Shown: in pieces, positions 9,957-18,234 of the stretch
How positions within the stretch are numbered: the stretch's first letter is position 1
How the letters are laid out: the number at the start of each line of letters is the position of its first letter
Origin: an uncultured virus (IMG/VR IMGVR_UViG_3300001605_000027)
Taxonomy: Duplodnaviria; Heunggongvirae; Uroviricota; Caudoviricetes
DNA length: 64,000 bases
Reading direction: 5' to 3' (one strand)
Virus record (IMG/VR): IMGVR_UViG_3300001605_000027
Translations under genes and position numbers: made by a program
The notes under the pieces: model-generated
The model's database searches: none
What the model saw: the letters and a program-made list of their open reading frames with translations, nothing else
What the model was told of the DNA's origin: nothing

Positions 9957-10375
9957 AAACCTATCGCCTATCCGCTAGCGAAATCGCCGTCGGTCACCTA
10001 GTGATTGCCAATCACGTCGAACGCCCCGAAGCGAGAATGCTGGCGTTGGTGGTTGCCATCGAAGGCGACGACGTTCGTTGCAAATATCTGAATGCCGACA
10101 AGTCGTTTAGCCCGTACAACGCGTACGGGTTCTGCAATCCGATCACAGACGTGACGCCGGTTGACCACTTCGGCGTCCGCGTCATGGCAGAGCAAGAATG
10201 CCCCGGTGCCGACGTCGTCTATTGGTGTGAGCCGATCGGCGAATCGACGGCCACATACCACGACGGAAAACCACGGCACTGGCAGGAACGTGGCTGGCGT
10301 GGTCGATACATTGCGAGGCCGAAGCTATGGGGCAAAGTCGGCAAAGAATGGGTCGAAGTGACTAAATCCACTTGA
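9953..10375 (+). CDS. Hypothetical protein
   Basis: ATGA-coupled ORF. Confidence 0.55.
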   Translation: MKTYRLSASEIAVGHLVIANHVERPEARMLALVVAIEGDDVRCKYLNADKSFSPYNAYGFCNPITDVTPVDHFGVRVMAEQECPGADVVYWCEPIGESTATYHDGKPRHWQERGWRGRYIARPKLWGKVGKEWVEVTKST

Positions 10376-10452
10376 TTTTTCCCAAAAAAACATTGCAACC
10401 CGTCTTTTCTAGCGGAATCTAACACTTCGATCCAAATCCGCAGGACCAAGAG

Positions 10453-10488
10453 GCCCGGAAATCTCCCAGAGATTCCCGGGCTTTTTTT
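10453..10488 (+). terminator. Intrinsic terminator
   Basis: gcccggaaatctc-cca-gagattcccgggc followed by T7. Confidence 0.75.
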
Positions 10489-10502
10489 GTTAAGGGACGC
10501 AA

Positions 10503-11876
10503 GTGTCAAACCTCGATCTATTGCTGGCCTACGCTGCATCTGCCGAAACCGGCGGCATCGCGACTGCCCGACCATACGTCGAATCGATGGCCAAAGGGCT
10601 ATCGTCCGCCGACTTTGATAAGCTCATCAAGGCCGCCGAAGAATGTTTGACGCACTCATCGCGTGAACTTATTGTCAAGTCGTTTACCGAATCGGATGAT
10701 GATTCGTTTTGGGACGCTGACATCCCCGCCGGTTCGATCTTCGCCTACGACGCCGTTCTGGCGACCAAAGATAAGGATCGCGATGGCGACATCGTCCATC
10801 CCGAAGGGCTGACGCTCGAAACGAAAATGCCGCTGTTGTGGCAGCATATCCAGACGCAGCCGATCGGCGTCATGGTCAAGATGCTCGAACAATCGAGCGA
10901 TGAACTTATCAACCGCTACGCCATCGCCGACACCGAACTCGGACGCGACGCGGCGACGCTGGTTAAGATGGGTGCCCTTCGCAAGAGCCACGGATTCTTT
11001 CCGGTGCCCGGCCAATTCCAGCCGATTGACATCATCACGAAAGCCGACGGATCGAAACAAGCCACTGGCTTTGAGATTTTCAAGGCCAACGTGTTTGAAT
11101 CGTCGCTGGTGTCGATCCCAGCCGGTGCCAAGGCACGTGTCATTCGAACTTATGAGAAAGAGTTCGACGCCATCTGTACCGCCCATAGCCGCGACGTTCT
11201 CAAGTCGGGACTCGTTAAGCAGTGGGCCGAAAGTCTCTATGGCAGTCGCCAGAAGGTTTTCGCCGGTGCCAGTGCCGCCGACGCGACCGTCAAGACTGTG
11301 ACCACTGAGGCACCCAACGGGACGCCGAACATCACCGTCAACGTGTCGATTCCCGATCTGGCGGTCAAGTCGATGCAGCCCAAAGGCATCAAGAGCTTCG
11401 CCGAATCGTTGTCAGTCAAGATGGCCGGGACGCCTGACCACATGCCGGGATCGTTTGAAGAAGTTCAAGCGGCGATTGGCCGCCAAGCCGAACGCTACCT
11501 AAAGCAAAACGTCCAAGGATTCCGCTGCGACTATGCGTTCGTTTCGGCGACGTTCGGCGACTCAGCAATCATTTGCTGCCGGACTTATGATCGCGACACT
11601 TACGAGTACGGCAAGCCGCGATGCTACCGCGTAATGTGGTCATACGGCGACGACGGCGAAGTGACACTTAGCGGGACGCCGCAAGAAGTCGAGATGGCCG
11701 TCTCGGTTGTCGAGAAGTCAATTTCGATGCAAACAATCGACTGGAAGGAGCCGCCTTCCCGCAAGGACGCGGGCATTTTGCCCGCCGTCAAACAATCCAC
11801 CGGGTCGACCGACGCGGCAGTCGCGTCAAGTGATCCGATTTTTGATTTGTTCGGACTGCAAACCCTCGGCGAATAA
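10503..11876 (+). CDS. HK97-type prohead protease with C-terminal extension
   Basis: DRDGDIVHPEG, PLLWQH..PIG, SHGF, ESSLVSIPA motifs; directly precedes the capsid gene. Confidence 0.8.
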   Translation: MSNLDLLLAYAASAETGGIATARPYVESMAKGLSSADFDKLIKAAEECLTHSSRELIVKSFTESDDDSFWDADIPAGSIFAYDAVLATKDKDRDGDIVHPEGLTLETKMPLLWQHIQTQPIGVMVKMLEQSSDELINRYAIADTELGRDAATLVKMGALRKSHGFFPVPGQFQPIDIITKADGSKQATGFEIFKANVFESSLVSIPAGAKARVIRTYEKEFDAICTAHSRDVLKSGLVKQWAESLYGSRQKVFAGASAADATVKTVTTEAPNGTPNITVNVSIPDLAVKSMQPKGIKSFAESLSVKMAGTPDHMPGSFEEVQAAIGRQAERYLKQNVQGFRCDYAFVSATFGDSAIICCRTYDRDTYEYGKPRCYRVMWSYGDDGEVTLSGTPQEVEMAVSVVEKSISMQTIDWKEPPSRKDAGILPAVKQSTGSTDAAVASSDPIFDLFGLQTLGE

Positions 11877-11886
11877 GGAATTGCCC

Positions 11887-13563
11887 GTGTTAGTTATTAC
11901 CAAGTCGCTGGCGGCATTTGCGGTCGCCAGTCTCGGACTCGATGCAGCGTTGGCTTCGGATATCGAAACCAACCGCGACGCAATCACCAACTGCGTGACG
12001 AAGGGACTTGTTGAAGGCAAGATCAGTGCAGCAAAGCTGGCTGAATTGCAGTCGGAAGTCACCAAGTCGCGTGGCGAAGAATTGTTGACCAAGAGCGTCA
12101 CCGACGCCGTATCGGCTGCGATGGCACCGATCAATGAAACTCTCGGCGGCCTCAGCGAAGTGCTGAAGTCGTTCAACCGTCCCGATACCCAGCCCGTCGC
12201 CGGAAGCGATCTTGCCACCGGTCAAACCGGCGACGGGCAGGGACCAGGAGCCAAGGCTTACGCGGCTGCGGCGGCTGGCCAGCAAAGCGGCGGAACCGTC
12301 GGCGGAGATGGCGTTCGCGTCAAGTGCATTTCGGAGCAATTCGATCGCACGACCAAGGCGGCCCACTACACCGACGGACGCCGTGCGATGTTCAAGGGTG
12401 CCGACGGCGTCGCCGATCGTGCATTGGACATGCCAAGTCAGTTGGACAAGGCGATTATCGGTGCGACGTTGAAGCACTTGATTAGCAAGCAGTTGTCGGT
12501 TCAAGACTGCCCGCGTTGGGCGAAGATGACCGACATGGATCGTCAGTTGGTAGCTTACGCTGCCAACGAACTCGACTGGATTGGACCGGTCGGCATGGCC
12601 GATGAAAACTCGGATCACGCCGAATACGGCTACGCCAAGGGCGGGCGATTGAACGGCTTGCAAGTCAAGGCGGTACTCGACCCCGGGGCATCCGGCGGAC
12701 TCGAAGCCGTCCCGATCGTGTTCGACGACATTGCGATTCTGACGCCGCTGTTGTCGGGTGAGTTGTTGCCGCATGTTGACATGCGAACGACCATCCGCCG
12801 CCGCGTGGAAGGATTCCGAGTCGGCAATCCGTCGGTTTATTGGACGACCGAAGGAGCTACTCCGACTGAGTTCAACACCGATGGATTTATCGGCGACTTC
12901 AACACCAACATCTTCCCATGCGTGGGCTGGATGGAATTGGGCTTGGACTTCGAAGAAGATTCGCCGGTTCGAATCGCTGATTTGATTATCAGCCGATACG
13001 GCCAGCGAATGACCGCCGAACTCGACCGCGTGATCGCCGTCGGCAACGGGACCAGCGAGCCGCTGGGCATCCTGAACACCGTCGGGGCGACGGAAGTGAA
13101 CAGCGACAATGGCTTCGAAGGGCCTTTGACCGTGGGCGACTGGGAGCGATTGATGTTTGCGATTCCGAAAGAATTGCGAGCCGAAGCGGACTCGGTCAGC
13201 CGCGAATCGTTCTCGTTCCTCAGCAATGAGCTGCTGTATCAGTTGTCGCGATCGATCCCTGTCGGCACTGGCGATCAACGTCGAGTGTTCGGCATGACGC
13301 ATTCGGACTACGAGTTGTTGATGAAGAAGTTCCGAATCAATCACTCGGTATCCGCTGGTGTCGCCGCTGCCGTTTGCTTGAACCGATACACCATGTATCG
13401 CCGGGCTGGTTTTAGCGTTCGCCGAATCACCGAAGACGGCACGCTGGCCAAGCAGAACAAGAGCTTGCTGGTTGTCCGTCAACGATACGGCGGCCAGATG
13501 AATCTTGGCTCTGCCGTCGCGATCATGGAAGACGCCATCGGATCGCCTGATCCTTCGGCGTGA
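11887..13563 (+). CDS. Major capsid protein (HK97 fold) with N-terminal scaffold region
   Basis: GGLEAVP, WTTEG, AELDRVIAVGNGTSEPLGIL; GTG start after AAGGA. Confidence 0.85.
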   Translation: MLVITKSLAAFAVASLGLDAALASDIETNRDAITNCVTKGLVEGKISAAKLAELQSEVTKSRGEELLTKSVTDAVSAAMAPINETLGGLSEVLKSFNRPDTQPVAGSDLATGQTGDGQGPGAKAYAAAAAGQQSGGTVGGDGVRVKCISEQFDRTTKAAHYTDGRRAMFKGADGVADRALDMPSQLDKAIIGATLKHLISKQLSVQDCPRWAKMTDMDRQLVAYAANELDWIGPVGMADENSDHAEYGYAKGGRLNGLQVKAVLDPGASGGLEAVPIVFDDIAILTPLLSGELLPHVDMRTTIRRRVEGFRVGNPSVYWTTEGATPTEFNTDGFIGDFNTNIFPCVGWMELGLDFEEDSPVRIADLIISRYGQRMTAELDRVIAVGNGTSEPLGILNTVGATEVNSDNGFEGPLTVGDWERLMFAIPKELRAEADSVSRESFSFLSNELLYQLSRSIPVGTGDQRRVFGMTHSDYELLMKKFRINHSVSAGVAAAVCLNRYTMYRRAGFSVRRITEDGTLAKQNKSLLVVRQRYGGQMNLGSAVAIMEDAIGSPDPSA

Positions 13564-13598
13564 TCGTAAAGCCGGGCCGTCCACTCTCGGCCTAACCG

Positions 13599-13633
13599 TA
13601 CCCGGGCTGTCGTAAGGCGGCCCGGGTATTTTT
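13599..13633 (+). terminator. Intrinsic terminator after the capsid gene
   Basis: tacccgggctgtc-gtaa-ggcggcccgggta followed by T5. Confidence 0.75.
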
Positions 13634-13680
13634 CTATGTGAGTAATGACCATGGGATTAACGACAATGGGATTAACGACA

Positions 13681-14313
13681 ATGCGAACGATCGACCGCAA
13701 CTATCTAATTGCACTGGCGTTGTTTGGCAACGGCGGCAACCACAAGGACGCTGCGACGAGCGGACGCCAGTTACTGGTTGACGCCGTCGATGCAAAACTA
13801 AATCTGTGGGGCGTCAATCCGACGTCGCCGATTCAACGCAAGCCAGACCGTGACCGACTGGCTTCTATGTCGCTGTCGTTCTCGATCGGCTCCCGGGTTG
13901 TCAATGCCGTCAAGCATCCGTCGGAGTTCCCGCAGCCAACAAAGCCGACGAAAGCGACGCCGGAATTGTTGCAGCGATACGAAAGCCGCGTAAAAGGATG
14001 GGAGTCGATGCAATCGAACGCCCAGTCCGACGTCGCGTTTATTCAATCGCTTGCCGCCACTCTTGGTTTGACCGAAGTCGCACCGCAAGCGGTTGTTGAT
14101 GCGGAGTCGGAGTATGCCGACAACACCCAAGAGCCAACGCTTGCGGACGTTGTGGGACGAACCAATGCGGCAATCCTAGCTGACCATCCATCGCCAAAAC
14201 TTGACACGGTTCAGGCCGTCAAGGATGCGATCGCCAGTGGGTTTGACTTGACGGACGTCGATGGCATCGGACCCAAGAAGGCCATTCAGATCAAAGAGTT
14301 GATCGGCCTATAA
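13681..14313 (+). CDS. Protein with C-terminal helix-hairpin-helix
   Basis: LTDVDGIGPKKAIQIK HhH motif; start position uncertain. Confidence 0.6.
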   Translation: MRTIDRNYLIALALFGNGGNHKDAATSGRQLLVDAVDAKLNLWGVNPTSPIQRKPDRDRLASMSLSFSIGSRVVNAVKHPSEFPQPTKPTKATPELLQRYESRVKGWESMQSNAQSDVAFIQSLAATLGLTEVAPQAVVDAESEYADNTQEPTLADVVGRTNAAILADHPSPKLDTVQAVKDAIASGFDLTDVDGIGPKKAIQIKELIGL

Positions 14314-14339
14314 GATTCTTACTTGTATGAGAGAACGCA

Positions 14340-14939
14340 GTGGACAACAAAGCGACGTATGTGATCGAGGCATCCCGCATTCACGAACGGGATGAGGATA
14401 AGCCGGAAAGCCGCCAGGGCAACAATGCAAATTGGTGGTTTGCCCCAGCATCGCGGCCACTCCGGGGGCGATGGCACTTCGGCGTCGTGGCCGACAAAGG
14501 ACTCGGCGAGTTCATGCAGGGACTTGCCCGCGTCTGTCGCGAGATCCCAGGCGAGTGCGTTTTTATCGACTTGGCCAAGGGCGAATGGGGCACGTTCGAT
14601 CCAATGGTTGAGACGGAAGACGGACGCAAGAAAGCCGATCGAATCAAAGCGTTCTACAAGGTCAATCCTTTGATGGGTGCCGACCCTCAGTTTCGCAAGC
14701 GTTATGTGACACCAGCCCGCAATCCTGACATCATCAAAAATGTCTTGTATTGGATGCGACGCGGCGTCGATTCAAAGTGTGCTGTTATCCCAGCCGGTGC
14801 CCCGCAATTGCCGAAAATGTCTGAAATCATCGCACTGCCAGGGCGTCGGGTTGTCTCTCCGGGTACGTCCGTTGGCGACAAAGAAACCAGGGAATATCTC
14901 GAACAATTCGCGTTCGATGTTCCGGTAAAAGGAACATAA
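14340..14939 (+). CDS. Hypothetical protein
   Basis: 199-aa ORF in the late operon. Confidence 0.55.
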   Translation: MDNKATYVIEASRIHERDEDKPESRQGNNANWWFAPASRPLRGRWHFGVVADKGLGEFMQGLARVCREIPGECVFIDLAKGEWGTFDPMVETEDGRKKADRIKAFYKVNPLMGADPQFRKRYVTPARNPDIIKNVLYWMRRGVDSKCAVIPAGAPQLPKMSEIIALPGRRVVSPGTSVGDKETREYLEQFAFDVPVKGT

Positions 14940-14940
14940 C

Positions 14941-15078
14941 ATGGCCAAAATGGCCAGCATTGTGTGCCCCGATTGCTTAGGCAGGGGCAAGGTAAAAGAC
15001 GCCGACGGCAAGGATAATCCATGTCCGTCGTGCAACGGGACCGGCACGAAGTCGACAAGTGAGGTTTGCACAAAGTGA
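14941..15078 (+). CDS. 45-aa DnaJ-type zinc-finger microprotein (not in the ORF track)
   Basis: MAKMASIVCPDCLGRGKVKDADGKDNPCPSCNGTGTKSTSEVCTK*; two CxxCxGxG motifs; GTGA overlap with the next gene. Confidence 0.7.
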   Translation: MAKMASIVCPDCLGRGKVKDADGKDNPCPSCNGTGTKSTSEVCTK

Positions 15079-15824
15079 CGACGGCAATCATCACCGGCGA
15101 CGAAGTGGCCCAAGAGTTATTCGGCAAGAATCTCTTGGTCGACATTCCGCTGCCCGATCGGACATTGATAGTGGGTGCGGTTCGCCGGGCCAACGCCGCG
15201 ATTGCTTCGCTGCTTGACGGCAATATCGGATTCTCTGCTCGCTCGGTGTGGTTGTCCTATCCTGCCGAAAACAATCGATCGGGGCCGCTGGCTGTTGCGA
15301 CGCATCCGACGGTTCGCGACCGCATCCCGCTGCGACACTGGCCGGTTGATATTGCATCGATCGAAGTATGGGAGGATCGGGACAAGTCGCGGTTGATGGC
15401 AGACTATGACAACGCCGCGAAGTTAACGATTGAACGCGACTACTCGATCGAATGCGAATCGATGCGAGTCGTGGGCAACCTCACGTTGTCCGATCGCTAC
15501 GTCACGATTCGACGCGTCGGCGACTCATGGCCCAAGCCGCCCGGTTCTGTGTTCGTTCGATACTCGGCGGGGATCACGGCGGCCAATTCGCCGGATATTT
15601 GGGAGATCATCCGCACGGCGACATTCCAGACGTTTGACGCTCAGTTTTATCGAGCCAAACAGACGGCGTCGGTCGGCGGCAACGCGGGGCCGCTCGCTAG
15701 CGAGTCGATCGGACGCTACTCATACAGCGTAAACACGTCGGCGATGGGTATGACGTCGTCGGGCGTTGCCAATTCATCGATGGCGACGCTGGCGGACGTG
15801 ATCGATTACGGAGCTTTTCTGTGA
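15075..15824 (+). CDS. Head-tail adaptor
   Basis: PLRHWPV, VRYSAG, SESIGRYSYS motifs and position after the capsid gene. Confidence 0.7.
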   Translation: MTTAIITGDEVAQELFGKNLLVDIPLPDRTLIVGAVRRANAAIASLLDGNIGFSARSVWLSYPAENNRSGPLAVATHPTVRDRIPLRHWPVDIASIEVWEDRDKSRLMADYDNAAKLTIERDYSIECESMRVVGNLTLSDRYVTIRRVGDSWPKPPGSVFVRYSAGITAANSPDIWEIIRTATFQTFDAQFYRAKQTASVGGNAGPLASESIGRYSYSVNTSAMGMTSSGVANSSMATLADVIDYGAFL

Positions 15825-16174
15825 GCTTGCAATCGCTAACCACCGGATCGCCGCTGCCGTTCGAGCGTTATACGATTCAATCGTCAAACTTTGGCCGCGA
15901 CGAGCCACTGGTCGCCGACGGATCGTTTGACGGCATGATGCAGTCGATGTCAGCCAGCGAAGCGTCGCAGTATGACGCCGCCGGACAACGACGCATGAAG
16001 CGAATCTATTGTTCGGTCGATCCCGAAGTGTTGTTGACGCACTACATCAAGCAAGGCGAAATGTGGTATCGAGTATTGGCGACCGACACGGACAGCCGAC
16101 CGAACCAGCCGCCGATCCTCTGGATCATCGACGTCGAAGAACACGATGCACGCGGGGTGCCGAGCGATGGGTAA
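15821..16174 (+). CDS. Head closure protein
   Basis: Size and position in the neck module. Confidence 0.5.
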   Translation: MSLQSLTTGSPLPFERYTIQSSNFGRDEPLVADGSFDGMMQSMSASEASQYDAAGQRRMKRIYCSVDPEVLLTHYIKQGEMWYRVLATDTDSRPNQPPILWIIDVEEHDARGVPSDG

Positions 16175-16502
16175 AGTCGTCAGTCACCGCAAGCGGGTAA
16201 TCGACCGCATCGAAGCCGAGATGGAACGTCGGATCGGCGTTATGTCGCGGACATTGGCCGCTGACATGGCCAACGCGTTTGGCAAGCAGGGGCCGCCAGC
16301 GTCTGTCGCTGGCGAATACCCCAAGCGGGACACCGGCGAGTTGATCGAGTCGATCACGATCATTCGTCGCGAGCTTAGTGCGAGCGTAGGGCCGACGGCG
16401 GAACACGCCAAGCATCTTGCCGAGTCGGGACGCAAAATGGCCAAAGACGTGTTTGAAGAAAACCGCGACGAATACGAGCGGATTTTGCGGGGTGGCCAAT
16501 GA
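16167..16502 (+). CDS. HK97 gp10-like neck/tail completion protein
   Basis: PPASVAGEYPKRDTGELIESI motif. Confidence 0.6.
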   Translation: MGKVVSHRKRVIDRIEAEMERRIGVMSRTLAADMANAFGKQGPPASVAGEYPKRDTGELIESITIIRRELSASVGPTAEHAKHLAESGRKMAKDVFEENRDEYERILRGGQ

Positions 16503-16933
16503 CCGATATCGATGGCGGCGTTCTCGACGCCGTGTTAGATGAAATCCAGTCGTATCAAAATACGACGCTTAGCGACGTCATGGCTTACGGACTCGGTTCA
16601 ATGGCTGAAGGCGACGAAGCGAAGTTTCCGGCTGTGCTGGTTACGTTGCCACGCGATCGACGCGGTGGCTTGACGACTTGCGAGAAAACGTTCCGGCGGT
16701 GTGAGGTGACAATCCGATGCAGGGCGACAAGCTACGCCATGGCTGCTGAGATTTTCTCCCATCTATCGGACATTGCCCGTGACATCGTTGAAAGCCCTCG
16801 TAAATTGAGCGTAAGGATGCCAGACGGGGCGTCGGTTTTCGAAGTGGACATCGGAGACACTCAGACCGTCAAGACGAAGGGCTACCACTCAAGGTCTTTG
16901 ACACTTTCCATTCAGTATGAAATTGTCCGCTAG
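16499..16933 (+). CDS. Tail terminator-like protein
   Basis: Size and position before the tail tube gene. Confidence 0.5.
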   Translation: MTDIDGGVLDAVLDEIQSYQNTTLSDVMAYGLGSMAEGDEAKFPAVLVTLPRDRRGGLTTCEKTFRRCEVTIRCRATSYAMAAEIFSHLSDIARDIVESPRKLSVRMPDGASVFEVDIGDTQTVKTKGYHSRSLTLSIQYEIVR

Positions 16934-16942
16934 GAGATTAAC

Positions 16943-17411
16943 ATGCCAATTGGCGATGCAGTAACGTCAGGCCGCTACGGCTGCTGTGAGATCGAAGCCG
17001 AAAAACGGCACCGACAAGATCTACGAAGTGACGGCTTGGAACTATTCTGAGCAGTCCGCCGACCAGTCCTATGCTTCGTGCGAAACCGACGGCCAGCGTA
17101 AACGCGTCGATGGCGACTACGATATCACCGGCCAAGTCGACGTCGTTTACAACAGCGAGAACTCATTCCGCGAAGTGATCGCCGTCAATCAACACGTCGT
17201 TTTGTATCTGTTCAAGCGTAAGCCGTCGATCGGACTGACCGGGATCGCCGACATCATCCCCGCAAAAGTGCTTGGCATTTCCGGCGGCGTGACGATCGAA
17301 GGCGGCGGCCCACAGCGATGGCAGATTACGTGGGGACTTGACACCGACGAAGACGATCCAGCCCCATTGTTCGACCAGACCGTTGCGGCGTTGAGTGCCG
17401 GTTCGGCATAA
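16943..17411 (+). CDS. Tail tube protein (one extra A in the A5 run at 17001-17005, probably a sequencing error)
   Basis: AGGAG-ATG at 16943 (MPIGDAVTSGRYG); removing one A joins it to ORF 16986-17411; precedes the chaperone and tape measure genes. Confidence 0.65.
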
Positions 17412-17434
17412 CGCATTAACCTACGAGGCTTAGT

Positions 17435-17938
17435 TTGTCCGCTCTTTTGACCGCAGCCCCGATCGAAGCAACGATCGGCGGCGTGACCATGCTGATACCA
17501 CCGGCGACACTCTATGAGATTGGCGTCTGTGAGTCGTCCTACATCGCGTCGCTGCGGCGGCAAGCGATCGAATCGACGATGGGGCTGGGTGCCGAAGAAC
17601 GACAGATGGCTTTGAACGCGTTGTCGCAATACGCCGGTCAGTTGGGTGATGACATTTCGCCGCTGTTCGACTGGTTGGCATATTCGATCGAAGGGCAAGT
17701 CAAACTGCTGGTGGTGTGCATTGAAGCGGGGACGGGCAATCGAGTATTACCCCGCGACGTCGCGACGTGGATACACGAATCCGGCGGTAACCAGTACGGG
17801 TCGCCGTTCTATGAGTGGATGGTGCGGTCGGGACTGCGGAGAAACCCCGTGGGGGAGTCGGTCAAGCCGGAGCCGACGTCGGCGACCGGCGAGCAGAATG
17901 CATCGGGCGAACCGTCTTCGGATGGTGCGACGGCTTAG
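17435..17938 (+). CDS. Tail assembly chaperone (gpG-like)
   Basis: Lies between tube and tape measure; overlapped by a -1 frame ORF. Confidence 0.65.
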   Translation: MSALLTAAPIEATIGGVTMLIPPATLYEIGVCESSYIASLRRQAIESTMGLGAEERQMALNALSQYAGQLGDDISPLFDWLAYSIEGQVKLLVVCIEAGTGNRVLPRDVATWIHESGGNQYGSPFYEWMVRSGLRRNPVGESVKPEPTSATGEQNASGEPSSDGATA

Positions 17939-18234
17939 GTTGTCCGCAGTCGCCCGATTCGGTGTTGCCACTGAATGATATTATTTGGCGATTAACGCGA
18001 CCGCCAGTTGTGTTTGGCGGGGGCGGGCTTGGGCTGCCACATTCCGACGTTATGAAGTTGACCATCCCGCAGATCATCAACATCATGCGTCCAGAACAAA
18101 AACAGGGCGGCCCGGTTCCGACGCAGAATCGACTCAAGATCGATTGGGAGCGGAGCAAGCAAGATTCGGTGGCGATAAAACAAGTGATGGAGACGATACG
18201 CCGTGGCCGAAAACGACAGCGAAAGCCTAATTGA
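17842..18234 (+). CDS. Frameshift extension of the tail assembly chaperone (gpGT-like)
   Basis: A AAC CCC heptamer (X XXY YYZ) at 17842-17848 in the gpG frame; the -1 frame stays open to 18234. Confidence 0.55.
   Translation, partial: KPRGGVGQAGADVGDRRAECIGRTVFGWCDGLGCPQSPDSVLPLNDIIWRLTRPPVVFGGGGLGLPHSDVMKLTIPQIINIMRPEQKQGGPVPTQNRLKIDWERSKQDSVAIKQVMETIRRGRKRQRKPN

Noticed and set aside
11890..13584. Long antisense ORFs (564 aa opposite the capsid gene; also 28124-29083 and 56388-57542)
   Set aside because: These are shadow or alternate-frame ORFs of GC-rich genes with no recognisable motifs.
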